A DNA stretch of 64,000 bases from Verrucomicrobiota bacterium (GCA_046346665.1 JAXMHQ010000030.1:747-64746); one strand, 5' to 3'; numbered from the stretch's first letter, positions 17,875-27,368 are shown. A program made the numbers and translations. Notes: a model not told the origin generated them from the sequence alone.

Positions 17875-18326
17875 AACCGAATGAATTTGAGCGGGAGTTG
17901 GAGCGGCAGCCGATGCGGCGGGTGCCGGCGGGGTGGCGGCGCGAGATCCTTGCGAGTGCGCGGGCGGCCTCGCGGCCAGCCGCGGCGGCGGAGGCGGTGC
18001 CGGCGTGGCGCTTGTGGCTGGATCCGATTCCGCTCGCCTGGGCGTCGCTGGCGGCGGTTTGGGCGGTGTTGATCGGGTTGAACCTTTGGCTGACAGGCGG
18101 CGCCGGTGGACATGGGGTTTCCGCGGCGCCGCCCCTTCAGGCGCGGGGCCTGGAACCCCTGACCGCCTGGCATCTGCAAAAATCTGAACTGAGCCTTCTG
18201 GAAGATCGCGGTTCCACCGAAACAACACTTCCGCCCGCCCTCCCGCCGCGGCCGCGGAGCGACCTGCGCCGTGAAGGGCGATGGGCCGATGGCGACACGC
18301 GGACCAACCTCGGTTTCCTTTCCTGA
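17871..18326 (+). CDS. Putative anti-sigma factor (single-pass membrane protein)
   Basis: ATGA overlap with the sigma gene. One hydrophobic helix (LAWASLAAVWAVLIGLNLWL). Position immediately after the ECF sigma gene. Confidence 0.5.
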   Translation: MKPNEFERELERQPMRRVPAGWRREILASARAASRPAAAAEAVPAWRLWLDPIPLAWASLAAVWAVLIGLNLWLTGGAGGHGVSAAPPLQARGLEPLTAWHLQKSELSLLEDRGSTETTLPPALPPRPRSDLRREGRWADGDTRTNLGFLS

Positions 18327-18327
18327 T

Positions 18328-20181
18328 ATGACACTTTCTCAATACCTGCTCGCCTGGGTCGACGCCAGGGGGATCCTCAATCCGCTGCATCGCTTCCAGC
18401 CTGCCCCGAACGCCCGTTGGGGCCTCGTTCGCGTGGCGGTTTACGTCGCGGTTCAGACCTGCGTGGCGGCGATGGCGGGCCTGGTGATCTCGCTGTTGCT
18501 TTACCGCGGCCGGTTGCAGTGGTGGCCGATCTGGTGGCTGGGGCTGTTTGCGTTTTGCCAGGGGTGGGTGGTTTATGGACTGACCGCACTGTGCTGGAAC
18601 CAGCGGGCGGCGAAGCTGCGGGCCGATCCGCAATTGCGGACCGGTCTGCCCCCGTCGCGGTTCCGGCCGGCGCGCTGGGCGCTGTGGCTGGTATATTTCG
18701 CCTTGCTCAACCTGGTGACGCCCCTGGCGATGTGGATCACAATTGAGAATGTGCGCGGCGAATATATTTGGAGCCAATTCCGGCGTGAGTGGGAGGCGAA
18801 AGGCGAGAAGTTCCAGGTGGCCGATGTCGTTCCCGCGCCGGTCCCGGACGACCAGAATTTCGCACTGACCCCGTTGTTGCGGCCGATATTTGATTTCATT
18901 CAAACCACGAACGGCGCGGAATGGCGGGATACCAACGGCCTGGCGCGGCTGTCGGCGGTGCAGATCTCCAAGGGGCACGCGAGGGGGGAATCGACGCGCG
19001 CGTCGGGACTTGCGGGGCTCGATCAAACCAACCTGACCGACCTGGCTGGGGTTGCGGCGTTTTACCGCGGGAACACGAATTACCCGCAGCCCGCGGTGGA
19101 AGGGGCGCCGGCGGCCGATGTGCTGACGGCGTTGAGCGCCTTCGATTCGGAGTTGGCGGAATTGCGCGATGCGGCGGCGCGGCGCCCGTTGAGCCGGTTT
19201 CCGATCCACTACGACACCGAGCCGCCGTTTGAAACCCTGCTGCCGCACCTGAGCCACATCAAGTCGCTCACCCAGGTTTTTGCGCTCCGCGCCGTGGCGG
19301 AACTGGACCTGCATCGCCCCGACGAAGCGATGGCGGACTTACTCGTCGGATTCCGCTTGTCCGACTCCGTCCGCAACGAACCGTTCCTGATCGATTACCT
19401 GGTCCGCGTGGCGACGTTGAACATCGATCTCCAGGTGGTCCGGGAAGGCCTCGCGCGCCATGCCTGGACCACCGGGCAGTTGGCGCAATTGCAGTCCTTG
19501 CTGGGGTCGATGGATCTCCTCGCCGAATATGAGCAGTCGATGCGCGGCGAGCGATGCTGCAACATCGGCGGGCTGGATTACCTTGCGCGGCGGGGGTTTC
19601 GGGACTGGAGATACCTGACTGGCGACGATTTCGGGTCGGGCAGCGTGGGACCGGCTTTGAGCTGGACGACGCTTTATCACGGGTGGCTCCGCCAAAACCA
19701 GGCGCTGATCGGCCGGATGTATCAGGATTATTTGCTGAACTCAGTCGATCCCGTGCAGCACCGGGTTTACCCGGCCCGATCGGACCCTTTGGACGCCGGC
19801 TTGGAGCGCCTGGTGGCGACGCCGTACACAGTCCTTGTGCGAATGCTCATGCCTGCGTTCGGCAGCGCTTCCAGGAAAGCCGCCCGCGCCCAGACATTTG
19901 TGGATGCAACGCTGGTGGCCTGCGTCATCGAGCGATATCGACTCGTCCACAATCAATTGCCAGGGAATCTCCAGGCGCTGGTCCCGAAGTATCTGGACCG
20001 CGTTCCCTTGGACGTGTTGGATGGTCAGCCGTTGCGCTACCGGGAGACGGGGCAGGGTGGTTACCTGCTGTATTCGATCGGTTGGAACGGGGTCGACGAT
20101 GGCGGCACGGTGGCTTACAAAAAAGGTGCCGCGAAGACGCTGGACATCAGCCAGGGTGATTGGGTGTGGTGGGGGAAGTGA
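18328..20181 (+). CDS. Large multi-pass membrane protein, hypothetical; C-terminus resembles the pseudopilin GspG tail
   Basis: N-terminal hydrophobic helices. C-terminal DGQPLRYRETGQGGYLLYSIGWNGVDDGG resembles the type II secretion pseudopilin C-terminal motif. ATG lies 1 nt after the preceding stop. Confidence 0.5.
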   Translation: MTLSQYLLAWVDARGILNPLHRFQPAPNARWGLVRVAVYVAVQTCVAAMAGLVISLLLYRGRLQWWPIWWLGLFAFCQGWVVYGLTALCWNQRAAKLRADPQLRTGLPPSRFRPARWALWLVYFALLNLVTPLAMWITIENVRGEYIWSQFRREWEAKGEKFQVADVVPAPVPDDQNFALTPLLRPIFDFIQTTNGAEWRDTNGLARLSAVQISKGHARGESTRASGLAGLDQTNLTDLAGVAAFYRGNTNYPQPAVEGAPAADVLTALSAFDSELAELRDAAARRPLSRFPIHYDTEPPFETLLPHLSHIKSLTQVFALRAVAELDLHRPDEAMADLLVGFRLSDSVRNEPFLIDYLVRVATLNIDLQVVREGLARHAWTTGQLAQLQSLLGSMDLLAEYEQSMRGERCCNIGGLDYLARRGFRDWRYLTGDDFGSGSVGPALSWTTLYHGWLRQNQALIGRMYQDYLLNSVDPVQHRVYPARSDPLDAGLERLVATPYTVLVRMLMPAFGSASRKAARAQTFVDATLVACVIERYRLVHNQLPGNLQALVPKYLDRVPLDVLDGQPLRYRETGQGGYLLYSIGWNGVDDGGTVAYKKGAAKTLDISQGDWVWWGK

Positions 20182-20182
20182 G

Positions 20183-20547
20183 AAGGCAGAATGTAGAATG
20201 CAGAGAGTGGCCGCGCGCCTCTCTTGATAGGTATGGTGCGCTATCGGCGGTTGGGTGAAGGCAGGTGTCGCTCTTACGGGGCTGCAAACAGGCCGCTCCT
20301 ACGGAGTTCAGGATGATGCGGATGGGGATGCTACAAAAATGCCGCGCCTGCGGCGCTGGGCCTGGGCCCCGCGATCTCACGATCGCGGCTACGCCGATTG
20401 AGTAGGAGACGACGTAAGGAGTCTCTGACTGGAGTTCGGACGGGAATCGTGAGACTCGTTACCTCGTCTCCTACAGGAGGGGTCCGCGATCTGACGATCG
20501 CGGCTACGGCGCTTTCATTCCGCACTCCCCACTCCTCATTCCGCACT
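20183..20547. repeat. Repeat-dense intergenic region (modules E, F, an inverted pair, F, E-variant)
   Basis: AAGGCAGAATGTAGAATGCAGAG (20183). CCGCGATCTCACGATCGCGGCTACG (20368). GTAGGAGACGACGTAAGGAGTCTC pairs with GAGACTCGTTACCTCGTCTCCTAC (20402/20451). TCCGCGATCTGACGATCGCGGCTACG (20482). CATTCCGCACTCCCCACTCCTCATTCCGCACT (20516). Confidence 0.8.
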
Positions 20548-20550
20548 GGT

Positions 20551-21000
20551 CTAGTGCTTCGGCCGAAGCAAAATGGCCTTTTTCTCCGTGCCTTCGACTT
20601 CGACGCTGTGGGTTTCGACGCCGGGATCGTCGCGGAGGGCTTGGTGGATGATGCGGCGGTCGAAGGCGCTGAGGGGTTCGAGTTCGACGACGTCGCCCCA
20701 GCGGCGGACTTTTTCCGCGGCGTCCTTGGCTTTCTTGACCAGCGCTTCGCGGGCCTGGGCGCGGTAGCCACCGACATCCACCATGACCTTGGGCGCGGCA
20801 GGGTCCTGCTGGAACAGGAGACGGTTGGTGAGATACTGGAGATCCGAGAGCGTCTGGCCCTGGCGGCCGATCAGGCGGCCGGAATCGTCGGTTTTGACGT
20901 CGAGCAGGACGCCGTCTTCGAGTTTGTGTTCCTCGACGGTGCCGGGGAAACCGAGCAGTTCAAGGAGTTTTTCCAGGGTGGCTTTGGGTTCGGCGGCCAT
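20551..21000 (-). CDS. jag: Jag/KhpB RNA-binding protein (KH + R3H domains)
   Basis: RLIGRQGQTLSDLQYL (KH GxxG motif) and LEPLSAFDRRIIHQAL (R3H motif). Located downstream of yidC. Confidence 0.8.
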   Translation of the reverse strand: MAAEPKATLEKLLELLGFPGTVEEHKLEDGVLLDVKTDDSGRLIGRQGQTLSDLQYLTNRLLFQQDPAAPKVMVDVGGYRAQAREALVKKAKDAAEKVRRWGDVVELEPLSAFDRRIIHQALRDDPGVETHSVEVEGTEKKAILLRPKH

Positions 21001-21106
21001 ATATAAAAAAGTCGAGCGTCCAGAGTCGAGGGTCGAGAGCCTGCAACCGCGTCGTTCACGTGCGTCAGGCACTCGACGCTCGACGTTCGACTCTCGACCG
21101 TTTTGT

Positions 21107-22915
21107 CTATTTTTTCTTTTTCGGGGCCGGCGTCAAGGCTGGAGCGGGCGCGCCCGCGGCGGGGGCGGACGGCTTCGCGTTGATCAGTTTCGTCTGCAGG
21201 ATCGTCAGCAGGTTCTGAACGGTCATGTAAAGCGCCAGGCCGGACGAGAAATTGTAAAGGATCGCCAGGAACATGAGCGGCATCCAGCGCATCATTTTCT
21301 GCTGGGCGGGATCCATGCCGGGCGAGACCGGTGTGAGATGGCTTTGCCAGAGTGCGGAGGCGATGTAGATCAGCGGCAGCAAATTGAACGGAATGCCGGT
21401 GCCGGGAATGATGCCGAGCGTGTCGGGCTGGGAGAGGTCGGCGATCCAGAGGAATCCGGCGCCGCGAAGTTCGATGGCGGTGCGGATCATGCCGTAGAGG
21501 CCGAAGAAGACGGGGATCTGGACGAGCATGGGGAGGCAGCCGCCCATGGGGTTGACCTTGTTTTTCTTCCAGAATTCCCATTGTTTCTGGCTGAGTTTCT
21601 GGGGTTCGTCCTTGTATTTCTCCTGGAGCGCCTTCATCTGCGGCCCGAGCTCCTGCATGCGCTTCATGGATTTCGTGCTCGCCTGGGTGAGGGGCCAGAA
21701 GATGATTTTGATGAGGACGGTGATGGCGATGATGGCCCAGCCGTAGGAGAGATGGAGAACGGCGTGGAGCCAGTTCATGGCGAGCAGGAGCGCCTTGGAG
21801 AAAAACCCGAACCACCCGAAATTCATGATGGCTTCGAGGTTGTTGTTCAGGCGCGAGCCGATCTGCGCGAGCGTGCGGTATTCCTTGGGTCCAGCGTAGA
21901 TTTCGAATTGCCGTTCCAGCGAGGCGCCGGGGGCGAGGCTGAGCGCGGGATAGACGAGCGACGTGAGGTAGCCTTCGGGATTGCGGACGGCCTGGGGGTG
22001 CTTCAGCAATTCCTCGGCGTCCGGCGCGGGAAGTTTCACCGGGCGCATCACCACCTGGTCGGCAGGGGACTTTGGCATGGCGACCAGGGCGAAGAACTGG
22101 TTGTGCGCGGTGGCCCAGACGACATTCGTTGCGCCGGCGCGAAATTCCGCCGGGGGCACGCGCGGCGTGCACATGAACCCGCTGGGTGAAAAATAACTCC
22201 CACCCAGGGTATCCGCCGCCTTCTCCCCGTTGTACCACATCATGCCCAGCGTGTATTGGCCGCGGTCGGTGGAACTCATCGGGGCGGCGATGCCGACCAT
22301 CCATTCCTGCGCGGGCAGGGCGAGAGTGTTGGTGGAACGATTCTCCAGGCGCACCGTAGCGCTCACGAGGTAATTGCTTTCGATGACGAAATCCTTCGTC
22401 CAGGCGAGGCCGTTCGAGAGTGTTTTCTCCGCGCGCACACCGCCGGGGATGGGGGACAGCGTGAACCGGCCGTCGCCCTGGATTTCCGGTCCGCCCGAAA
22501 CGGCGAGCATGGGGGCGGGGGATTGGGAATTGAGCGTGGCGTAATTTTGCGTGCCTCCGGCGCGTTCCCGCCGCGTGGCGATCGTCTCGGGATATTGCGT
22601 CAGCTCGACCATTTGCAGTCCGCCGCCCGCCGTGGTGAACGTGTAGTGGGCCTGGAGGTTTGTGATTTCGAGAATCTGTTCGCTGCCGGGCGTGGCCGGT
22701 TGCCATGCGGGTGCGGTGGATGGGACGGATGGGGTGGACGCGACCGAGCCGGGCGTGTTGGATCCGGCGGGGCTGTTGCTGGCGGCGAGGGCCGGCGCGG
22801 CGTTGGTGGAGCCGGGCGGCACGGGCACCGGCGGGAACAATTTGTTCACCGCTACGTTGAATCCCAGCAACAACAGCAGGCAGATGCCAAATACGGTTAT
22901 GGTTTTTCGATCCAT
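21107..22915 (-). CDS. yidC: Membrane protein insertase YidC
   Basis: MDRKTITVFGICLLLLL N-terminal TM helix, a large periplasmic domain, and a conserved C-terminal core ...KVNPMGGCLPMLVQIPVFFGLY.... Confidence 0.9.
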   Translation of the reverse strand: MDRKTITVFGICLLLLLGFNVAVNKLFPPVPVPPGSTNAAPALAASNSPAGSNTPGSVASTPSVPSTAPAWQPATPGSEQILEITNLQAHYTFTTAGGGLQMVELTQYPETIATRRERAGGTQNYATLNSQSPAPMLAVSGGPEIQGDGRFTLSPIPGGVRAEKTLSNGLAWTKDFVIESNYLVSATVRLENRSTNTLALPAQEWMVGIAAPMSSTDRGQYTLGMMWYNGEKAADTLGGSYFSPSGFMCTPRVPPAEFRAGATNVVWATAHNQFFALVAMPKSPADQVVMRPVKLPAPDAEELLKHPQAVRNPEGYLTSLVYPALSLAPGASLERQFEIYAGPKEYRTLAQIGSRLNNNLEAIMNFGWFGFFSKALLLAMNWLHAVLHLSYGWAIIAITVLIKIIFWPLTQASTKSMKRMQELGPQMKALQEKYKDEPQKLSQKQWEFWKKNKVNPMGGCLPMLVQIPVFFGLYGMIRTAIELRGAGFLWIADLSQPDTLGIIPGTGIPFNLLPLIYIASALWQSHLTPVSPGMDPAQQKMMRWMPLMFLAILYNFSSGLALYMTVQNLLTILQTKLINAKPSAPAAGAPAPALTPAPKKKK

Positions 22916-22923
22916 GAATTTTT

Positions 22924-23262
22924 TTAGCTCCGATGTTCGCAAGCCGCTTCCCGGGAATTTGAAATTTCAAATTTCAAATTTGAAATTCCGCCTTCCGGCG
23001 GCACGGGATCATATCCGCAGCCGCCCCACGGATGGCATCGGCAGAGGCGGCGGGCGGCGAGGTCGGAGCCGTGCAGCGCGCCGTGGATGCGGATGGCCTG
23101 GGCGGCGTAATCGGAGCAGCTCGGGGTGAAGCGGCAGCGCGAATAGGGGCCGAAGAGCGTGGCGAGAGCGGGGGAAACGGTCCAGCGATAAATGCGGATC
23201 AAGAGCAGGAGCGCGCGGGAAGGCAGAAGGCAGAATGTGGAATGCAGAAAAACTCCGGTCAT
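22924..23262 (-). CDS. yidD: Membrane protein insertion efficiency factor YidD (C-terminus extended through a repeat)
   Basis: [16 protein letters not shown]...[18 protein letters not shown]......[17 protein letters not shown]. The tail [12 protein letters not shown] is encoded by a Family-D array. Confidence 0.8.
   Translation of the reverse strand: MTGVFLHSTFCLLPSRALLLLIRIYRWTVSPALATLFGPYSRCRFTPSCSDYAAQAIRIHGALHGSDLAARRLCRCHPWGGCGYDPVPPEGGISNLKFEISNSREAACEHRS
22954..22988. repeat. Family-D variant array (GAAATTT/CAAATTT)
   Basis: GAATTTGAAATTTCAAATTTCAAATTTGAAATTCC. Confidence 0.85.
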
Positions 23263-23303
23263 GCGGAGCGGCGTTTTCTGCATTCTGCATTCTGCATTCT
23301 TCA
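23222..23303. repeat. Family-E (GCAGAAT)n / (ATTCTGC)n hairpin enclosing the yidD start codon
   Basis: GGCAGAAGGCAGAATGTGGAATGCAGAAAA pairs with TTTTCTGCATTCTGCATTCTGCATTCTTC. The yidD ATG (complement of 23260-23262) sits in the loop. Confidence 0.85.
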
Positions 23304-23672
23304 TTTCTTCAAAAGTCCTGTTCGTCCGAAGATGCCGAGGAAATCCGATTCCACATCGGCGAATTGTTTTCCGGCGATTGAGTTTCGGGCGACCAGGACG
23401 AGGTCGAGGGGCTGGCTGATCTCGTATTGGTGGCGGCGGAACACTTCGCGCATGAGCCGTCGGGCGCGGTTGCGGACGACGGCATTTCCGATTTTGCCGG
23501 AGGTGACCACGCCGAGTCGCGAGCCGGAGCCTGGGGGCAGGGCGAGCCAGTTGGCGATCAGGCAGCCCTGGACGCGCCGTTCGCCGAGCTTCCGGATCCG
23601 GGAAAAATCCCGGCCCAGTTTCAGGCGCATTCCGCGGGGGAAGCGCAGGGGCCCGGGCGCGGTGGCGGCCAT
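23301..23672 (-). CDS. rnpA: Ribonuclease P protein component
   Basis: [26 protein letters not shown] motif. Located between rpmH and yidD. Confidence 0.85.
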   Translation of the reverse strand: MAATAPGPLRFPRGMRLKLGRDFSRIRKLGERRVQGCLIANWLALPPGSGSRLGVVTSGKIGNAVVRNRARRLMREVFRRHQYEISQPLDLVLVARNSIAGKQFADVESDFLGIFGRTGLLKK

Positions 23673-23685
23673 GGCGCGGGCGGGA

Positions 23686-23823
23686 TCAGACCGGGGTCAG
23701 GCGTTTGCGGCCGACGCGGCGGCGGTTGCGCAGGATGCCCTTGCCGCTTTTGCTGCTGTTCCGGGCGAGGAACCCGTGCTGCCGCTTGCGCCGAATTTTC
23801 GACGGTTGGTATTGTCGCTTCAT
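23686..23823 (-). CDS. rpmH: 50S ribosomal protein L34 (below the ORF-track size cutoff)
   Basis: Manual translation of the reverse strand gives [45 protein letters not shown] followed by a stop. Confidence 0.9.
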   Translation of the reverse strand: MKRQYQPSKIRRKRQHGFLARNSSKSGKGILRNRRRVGRKRLTPV

Positions 23824-23982
23824 AATCTAAAAGTCATGCCCGCGCAGGGGGGTGTTTCACGCCCGCGCCTGTCCTGGGCGGGTTCCCTTGAGCTGGAACG
23901 CGGGAGCATACCAGCGACGTCCGGGGTGTCAAGCGGCTCGGTGACGCGGCAAGGACACGAATTGGAAGCCAAACCCGGGACA

Positions 23983-24056
23983 GCCACAGAGGCACAGAGA
24001 CACAGAGCTCCCGAGCGGTGGTTCCCCGTTCTCCGAGGGCTCTGTGCCTCTGTGGC
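23983..24056. repeat. Family-K (CACAGAG-type) hairpin
   Basis: GCCACAGAGGCACAGAGACACAGAGC ... GCTCTGTGCCTCTGTGGC. A related copy lies at 51731. Confidence 0.8.
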
Positions 24057-24095
24057 CATATTACCCCGGTCCCGTGAAATCGGTTGAAATAAATG

Positions 24096-24123
24096 TTGCA
24101 TGGATTTCCATGCTTGTTATATT
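24096..24123 (+). promoter_or_regulatory. Candidate promoter of the rpsL-rpsG-fusA operon
   Basis: TTGCAT, 16-nt spacer, TATATT. About 26 of 34 nt match the candidate rpsJ promoter at 29652. Confidence 0.55.
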
Positions 24124-24183
24124 CCGCGCTCCGTTTGTCCGACCGCGGGCAGGCGAGCCAGAAAATCGAGATTTTAAAGTCAA

Positions 24184-24591
24184 ATGCCGACCATCAATCA
24201 ATTGGTTCGAAAAGGCCGCAGCAAGCTGAAGTACAAGTCCAAAGCCCCGGCGCTGGAACGTTCTCCGTTCCGCCGCGGCGTGTGCATCCAGGTGATGACC
24301 CGCACGCCGAAGAAGCCGAATTCGGCCATGCGCAAGGTGGCGAAGGTGCGGTTGACGAACGGCTTTGAAGTGATCGCCTACATTCCCGACGAAGGCCACA
24401 ACCTGCAGGAACACTCGATCGTGCTGGTGCGGGGCGGCCGCGTGAAGGATCTGCCGGGTGTGCGTTATCACATCGTGCGCGGCACGCTGGACGCGGCGGG
24501 CGTGGAGAAGCGGCGCGTGAGCCGGTCGAAGTATGGCGTGAAGAAGCCGAAGGCGGGTGCGAAGCCGGCGGCGGCGGCCCCGGCGGCTTGA
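24184..24591 (+). CDS. rpsL: 30S ribosomal protein S12
   Basis: [12 protein letters not shown]...[17 protein letters not shown]...[17 protein letters not shown]. Confidence 0.95.
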   Translation: MPTINQLVRKGRSKLKYKSKAPALERSPFRRGVCIQVMTRTPKKPNSAMRKVAKVRLTNGFEVIAYIPDEGHNLQEHSIVLVRGGRVKDLPGVRYHIVRGTLDAAGVEKRRVSRSKYGVKKPKAGAKPAAAAPAA

Positions 24592-24638
24592 GCCTGATTT
24601 GATTTTAGCAATTAACGATTTAACCTGAGAGCGAACAC

Positions 24639-25112
24639 ATGTCCCGACGACGTCAAGCAACCCACCGGCCGGTGCCGAAGGATGGGAAATTCAACAGCCA
24701 GCTGGTTTCCCGGCTGGTGAACACGGTGATGATTTGCGGCAAGAAGAGCACCGCGCAGCGCATTGTTTACGGTGCGTTCGACCGGATTTCCGAGAAGAAT
24801 CCGGCGTCGAACCCGCTGGACATTTTGCAGCGGGCGGTGGACAACGCCAAGCCGCGCCTGGAAGTGAAGGCGCGCCGCGTGGGTGGGGCGACCTACCAGG
24901 TGCCGCTGGAAGTGCCCTCGGAACGGCAGTTCGCGCTGGCGCTGCGGTGGCTGGTGGATTTTGCGGATGCCCGGAAGGGGATCCCGATGAAGGAAGCGCT
25001 CGCGGCGGAAATCCTGGAAGCGTACCAGGGCCAGGGCAACGCCATTCGCAAACGCGACGAAGTGCACAAGATGGCCCAGGCCAACAAGGCCTTCGCGCAC
25101 TTCCGCTGGTAG
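24639..25112 (+). CDS. rpsG: 30S ribosomal protein S7
   Basis: MSRRRQA...KFNSQLVSRLVN..M..GKKSTAQRIVY...VKARRVGGATYQVP. Confidence 0.95.
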   Translation: MSRRRQATHRPVPKDGKFNSQLVSRLVNTVMICGKKSTAQRIVYGAFDRISEKNPASNPLDILQRAVDNAKPRLEVKARRVGGATYQVPLEVPSERQFALALRWLVDFADARKGIPMKEALAAEILEAYQGQGNAIRKRDEVHKMAQANKAFAHFRW

Positions 25113-25127
25113 GATCCGATCGATTTT

Positions 25128-25165
25128 GACGCCCCGCGGTATTTTGAACTTCGGGGCGTTTTTAT
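25128..25165 (+). terminator. Hairpin + T-run between rpsG and fusA (attenuator or partial terminator)
   Basis: ACGCCCCG, 15-nt loop, CGGGGCGT, then TTTTTATT. Confidence 0.45.
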
Positions 25166-25187
25166 TCCCGTCAACCCAGATTTAGGC

Positions 25188-27368
25188 ATGCAAGCAGCAG
25201 CGGACAAACCCAAGTCGGTCAATTCTCCGAACCGCCCCTACGCAATGGAGCGGACGCGGAACATTGGCATCGCGGCGCACATCGACGCCGGCAAAACCAC
25301 CACCACCGAACGCATCCTGTTTTACACGGGGCTCATTCACAAGATGGGCGACGTGGACGACGGCAACACGGTGACGGACTGGATGGAGCAGGAGCGCGAG
25401 CGCGGCATCACCATCACGTCCGCCGCCACCACGTGTTACTGGACGCAGAAGGAGGACGGCACCTACAAGTCGTTCCTGAGCGTGCCCCACCGCGTCAACA
25501 TCATCGACACTCCCGGCCACGTGGATTTCACGGCGGAAGTCGAGCGTTCGATGCGCGTGCTGGACGGCGCTGTCGCCGTGTTCTGCGGCGTCGCCGGCGT
25601 GCAGCCGCAATCCGAAACGGTCTGGCGCCAGGCCACCAAGTACCGCGTCCCCCGCATCGCGTTCGTCAACAAGATGGACCGCACGGGCGCGAATTTTGAA
25701 AATGCGCTGAACGACATGCGCAAGAAACTGGGCGCCTACGCCTACCCGGTTTACCTGCCGATCGGCAAGGAAGACTATCTCACGGGCGTCATCGACGTCG
25801 TGAACCAGAAGGCGATCGTTTACGATCCGAATGACGAGTCGGGAATCAAGTACCAGGTCACCGAAATCCCGGCCGAGCTGAAGGAATCCGCCGCCGCCGC
25901 CCTGGCGGAGCTGATCGATGCGGTCTCCAACAAGGACGACACCATCGCCGAGCTGGTGATCGACAACAAGCCGGTTTCCCCGCAGGTCCTCAAGGCCGCC
26001 ATCCGCCGGCTCACCATCAAGATCGAATTCATCCCCGTCCTGTGCGGATCGGCGTTCAAGAAAAAAGGCGTCCAGCCGCTGGTGGACGCGGTCATCGATT
26101 ATTTGCCGTCGCCCCTCGACGTTCCCCCGGCGACCGGCGAAGACCCGCACAATCCCGAGACCAAGATCGAGGCGCTCTCGGACGACAACGGCAAGTTCTG
26201 CTCGCTGGCGTTCAAGCTGTGGACCGATCCCTACGTCGGCAAGCTCGTCTTCTTCCGCACTTACAGCGGCCAGTTGAAGAAGGGCGACACCATTTACAAT
26301 CCGCGCACCCGCAAGCGCGAGCGCGTCAGCCGCGTCATGATGATCCAGGCCGACAAGCGCATCGACGTGGACACGGTGTATGCGGGCGACATCGCGGCGC
26401 TGGTGGGGTTGAGAAACATCACCACGGGCGACACGCTGTGCGACGAGGAATTTGAAATCACGCTGGAACCGCCGACGTTCCCCGAGCCGGTCATCTCGAT
26501 GGCCGTGGAGCCGAAGACCAAGGCGGACCGCGAAAAGATGAGCGAAGGCCTGCAGCGCCTCGCCGAGGAAGACCCGACCTTCCGGTGCTTCACGAACGAG
26601 GAAACCGGACAGTTGATCATCGCGGGCATGGGCGAACTGCACCTGGAAATCATCCGGGACCGGCTGTTCCGCGAATTCAAGGTGGAAGCCAACGCCGGCG
26701 CGCCCCAGATTGCCTATCGTGAAACGATCACCAAAGGCGCGGAAGGCGAAGGCAAATTCATCCGCCAATCGGGTGGCCGCGGCCAATACGGCCACGCCTG
26801 CATCCGGATCATGCCCAACGAAAAGGGCAAGGGCGTGGAGGTCGAGAACAAGATCGTCGGCGGCGCCATTCCCAAGGAATACATCCCGGCCGTCATCGAC
26901 GGTGTCGAGGAAGCCATCAAGGGCGGCGTGCTCGCCGGCTACCAGATGATCGACGTGAAAGTCGAGGTCACGGACGGCACGTTCCATGAAGTCGATTCGA
27001 ACGAACTGGCGTTCAAGATGGCCGGCATTTTCGCGTTCAAGGACGCGGCCAAGAAGGCCGGCATGATCCTGCTCGAACCGATCATGAAGGTGGAAGTGAC
27101 GACGCCGGACGAATACCAGGGCGACCTGCTCGGCGACATCAACCGCCGCCGCGGCACGATCGTGGGCATCGAGGCCAAGTCCGGCCAGACGATCCTGAAC
27201 TCTCACGTGCCGCTCTCCGAAATGTTCGGTTACGCCACCGCGATCCGGTCACTGTCGAAGGGCCGTGCGTCGTATTCGATGGAGCCGTTCAGTTTCGAAC
27301 AGGTGCCGAGGAGCATCCTCGACACGATCCTGGACCAGGCGGCGAAGAAACCCGCCGCCCGGAGCTGA
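25188..27368 (+). CDS. fusA: Translation elongation factor G
   Basis: AHIDAGKTTTTERIL (G1), DTPGHVDF (G3), NKMDR (G4). Full length. The start could instead be the ATG at 25245. Confidence 0.95.
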   Translation: MQAAADKPKSVNSPNRPYAMERTRNIGIAAHIDAGKTTTTERILFYTGLIHKMGDVDDGNTVTDWMEQERERGITITSAATTCYWTQKEDGTYKSFLSVPHRVNIIDTPGHVDFTAEVERSMRVLDGAVAVFCGVAGVQPQSETVWRQATKYRVPRIAFVNKMDRTGANFENALNDMRKKLGAYAYPVYLPIGKEDYLTGVIDVVNQKAIVYDPNDESGIKYQVTEIPAELKESAAAALAELIDAVSNKDDTIAELVIDNKPVSPQVLKAAIRRLTIKIEFIPVLCGSAFKKKGVQPLVDAVIDYLPSPLDVPPATGEDPHNPETKIEALSDDNGKFCSLAFKLWTDPYVGKLVFFRTYSGQLKKGDTIYNPRTRKRERVSRVMMIQADKRIDVDTVYAGDIAALVGLRNITTGDTLCDEEFEITLEPPTFPEPVISMAVEPKTKADREKMSEGLQRLAEEDPTFRCFTNEETGQLIIAGMGELHLEIIRDRLFREFKVEANAGAPQIAYRETITKGAEGEGKFIRQSGGRGQYGHACIRIMPNEKGKGVEVENKIVGGAIPKEYIPAVIDGVEEAIKGGVLAGYQMIDVKVEVTDGTFHEVDSNELAFKMAGIFAFKDAAKKAGMILLEPIMKVEVTTPDEYQGDLLGDINRRRGTIVGIEAKSGQTILNSHVPLSEMFGYATAIRSLSKGRASYSMEPFSFEQVPRSILDTILDQAAKKPAARS

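Noticed and set aside
23824-24183. Replication origin next to rpmH
   Set aside because: rpmH-rnpA-yidC often neighbours dnaA/oriC. Here the adjacent gene is rpsL, no dnaA is present, and I could not find a cluster of TTATCCACA-like boxes or an AT-rich unwinding region.
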